A stretch of 6,995 bases of DNA from positions 1-6,995 of IMG/VR virus record IMGVR_UViG_2675903654_000024; one strand, written 5' to 3'. The stretch's first letter is position 1; each line of letters opens with the position of its first letter. The notes under the pieces are model-generated. The model was not told the DNA's origin. It made no database searches and saw nothing but the letters and a program-made list of their open reading frames with translations. Source of the stretch: a virus (lineage: Duplodnaviria > Heunggongvirae > Uroviricota > Caudoviricetes). Shown here one piece after another: positions 5,199 through 6,995 of the stretch. The position numbers were made by a program, and so were the translations under genes.

Positions 5199-6995
5199 AT
5201 GACAGACATTACAGCCAATGTGATCGTATCGATGCCTTCGCAACTCTTCACTATGGCGCGTTCTTTTAAAGCGGTTGCCAATGGCAAAATTTATATTGGT
5301 AAAATTGACACTGACCCTGTAAATCCTGAAAACCAGATTCAGGTTTATGTGGAGAACGAAGATGGTTCTCACGTCCCTGTTTCGCAACCAATCACCATTA
5401 ACGCTGCTGGTTATCCGGTATATAACGGACAGATTGCCAAGTTCGTAACTGTACAGAATCACTCCATGGCTGTTTATGATGCATATGGTGCACAACAATT
5501 CTATTATCCTGATCTACTTAAATATTCTCCAGACCAGTTAAGGGCTGAGCTTTCTGGCCCTGATGGCGCATCTCTGGTTGGTTATGGAGGCACAACCGTA
5601 AAGATTGAGCTGGAGATCTTGAAAGCTACACATGATTCATTAATTGATAAAACAGGATTTAACGCTATTGGCCGCTTTCTCAATCTTTCAGAGCTTCGCT
5701 CCTGTGTTCCAGAGGAGGCAGGGCAGATTGTATACGTAGCATCAGCAGCTAGCACTACACATGCTGAAAACCACCTTGGTGGCGGCTTTTTCGAGTCTGT
5801 TGATAACATTCAGGCGTGGGCTGATGATGGTGGAATTGTAATCAAGCCAGAAACTGGAACGATGGTATGGAGACGAATTAATTTTACCACTTACGACATG
5901 CAATTTTGGGGGGTGAAACCTGACGGAGTCACAGATAACGCAACAGCTATAACTCTTGCAACTAACTTTGCCCGCTCAAACAAATGCATTCTAGAGGCTC
6001 CTGCTGGAAACATAAATACATCAAAAACAATCCCAATTTATGACAATATGGGAATTAGAGGACAGGGAAAGGCTGAAGCGACAGTTTTTTATAAAACAAC
6101 AAATGACAAAATAGATCTCACAAAAAATGGAGAAGTAATTCTTCAGGTGGATGCATTATGTGCTTTTATACCAAAGCAATGGGATCTAACAGATAACTCA
6201 ATGAGTTCATTTTGTGTTAACGGTAGAGTTGAAAACTGCATGTTTAGAAGGCTTGGCTTAACACAAGAAAATGTAGATTCTTATAGAAATTATTACGGAC
6301 TGTTTTTAGGAAAATCAGCAGCACCAGTTATCAGACAGTCAATTTTTGAATGTGCTTATATCGGATGCTTCTCTTATGTGCCGTTCTCTGGCGTAATGGA
6401 AATGGTCGGTTTCCCACAATATCCAGGGAAAGGATATGCTGGAGTTTTATTTGAAGATTTTAGGGATGGTCAAATAAAAGTAATAGGCACTTCTATGGAT
6501 ATGCGCCTTGTTCAGGTTAACGGTTACCAGTTGTCATTTAGAATGTCAGGAATGCAATATACCACCATGACCAATTGTACTGCTGAAAACTGCACGCCAA
6601 TGGATGGGGAGTCAATTTGCTATGCATTTGATTTTGTAAATCCGTATTGCATTGTCATGAATACTTGTGCAACAGAATTTGTTAAGGGTGGGCAACTTCG
6701 TGTTAGCGTTCAGGGAAACCCATCATTCAGACCATCTATTATTGTCAATGGCTTTCTGCCAATTGATCAACAAAGCCCGGTAGTGCAAACACCTATAATA
6801 GATATTGATAATGGTGGCGTAGTTGAAATGAGTGTCATATTAAATGGTGGAGATTGGGCTATAAATCCATCTGCTACAAATTTAGCCGTACCAAGAGCAA
6901 GCGGAAATGGGTTGAAAGCAAGGTTAATAGGTGTAAACGGGTCGCCTGTTTCGATCTGGAGCGTGTCTCCTGGCGCAGATGTGAAGGAGTTCTAA
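5199..6995 (+). CDS. Tailspike protein: P22 gp9-like N-terminal head-binding domain fused to a divergent receptor-binding domain
   Basis: GGAG at 5187..5190, 8 nt before the ATG. The first ~113 aa ([34 protein letters not shown] ... DGSHV ... INAAG ... VYNGQ ... VTVQ.HSMA.YDA ... LKYSPDQ) closely match the P22 gp9 head-binding domain as I recall it. The remaining ~485 aa has no similarity I recognise to the P22 receptor-binding domain; it is Asn/Gly/Cys-rich with recurring VNG/LNG/IDNGG motifs suggesting a beta-helix or beta-rich fold. Complete ORF ending at taa 6993..6995. Confidence 0.9.
   Translation: MTDITANVIVSMPSQLFTMARSFKAVANGKIYIGKIDTDPVNPENQIQVYVENEDGSHVPVSQPITINAAGYPVYNGQIAKFVTVQNHSMAVYDAYGAQQFYYPDLLKYSPDQLRAELSGPDGASLVGYGGTTVKIELEILKATHDSLIDKTGFNAIGRFLNLSELRSCVPEEAGQIVYVASAASTTHAENHLGGGFFESVDNIQAWADDGGIVIKPETGTMVWRRINFTTYDMQFWGVKPDGVTDNATAITLATNFARSNKCILEAPAGNINTSKTIPIYDNMGIRGQGKAEATVFYKTTNDKIDLTKNGEVILQVDALCAFIPKQWDLTDNSMSSFCVNGRVENCMFRRLGLTQENVDSYRNYYGLFLGKSAAPVIRQSIFECAYIGCFSYVPFSGVMEMVGFPQYPGKGYAGVLFEDFRDGQIKVIGTSMDMRLVQVNGYQLSFRMSGMQYTTMTNCTAENCTPMDGESICYAFDFVNPYCIVMNTCATEFVKGGQLRVSVQGNPSFRPSIIVNGFLPIDQQSPVVQTPIIDIDNGGVVEMSVILNGGDWAINPSATNLAVPRASGNGLKARLIGVNGSPVSIWSVSPGADVKEF

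Noticed and set aside
5139-5809. Minus-strand ORFs 5139..5498 and 5582..5809
   Set aside because: Both are antisense to the tailspike head-binding domain, which is the most confidently identified coding sequence in the window. Chance frames.
1-6995. CRISPR arrays, tRNA/rRNA genes, IS elements, integrase or attachment site
   Set aside because: No direct-repeat/spacer array, no tRNA-like cloverleaf sequence, no terminal inverted repeats flanking a transposase-like ORF, and no integrase-like ORF were seen. The window appears internal to the phage genome.

Overview
This window reads as a piece of a P22-like (Lederbergvirus-type) temperate phage or prophage from an enterobacterial host. Left to right: (1) the 3' end of a virion ejection/DNA-transfer-like gene running in from upstream (1..1032); (2) a ~2.4 kb AT-rich accessory island (1057..3450) of small genes in alternating orientation, sitting where phage P22 carries sieA; (3) a recognisable immI module, with an Mnt-like repressor (minus strand) divergent from Arc-like and Ant-like genes (plus strand), plus a candidate sar-like antisense RNA over the ant ribosome-binding site; (4) a complete 598-aa tailspike gene (5199..6995) whose first ~113 residues match the conserved P22 gp9 head-binding domain while the rest is divergent and visibly more AT-rich. 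The most interesting candidate system is a tightly linked two-gene operon (1815..2692) in the accessory island: a protein with the hallmark motif of the Panacea/DUF4065 antitoxin domain followed 5 nt later by a basic 140-aa protein of unknown function, ending at a strong bidirectional terminator. I read this as a candidate toxin-antitoxin or abortive-infection module carried as prophage cargo. All homology statements rest on my recall of protein families and visual inspection; no database search or computation was run. No tRNA, rRNA, CRISPR array, IS element, integrase or att site was seen.
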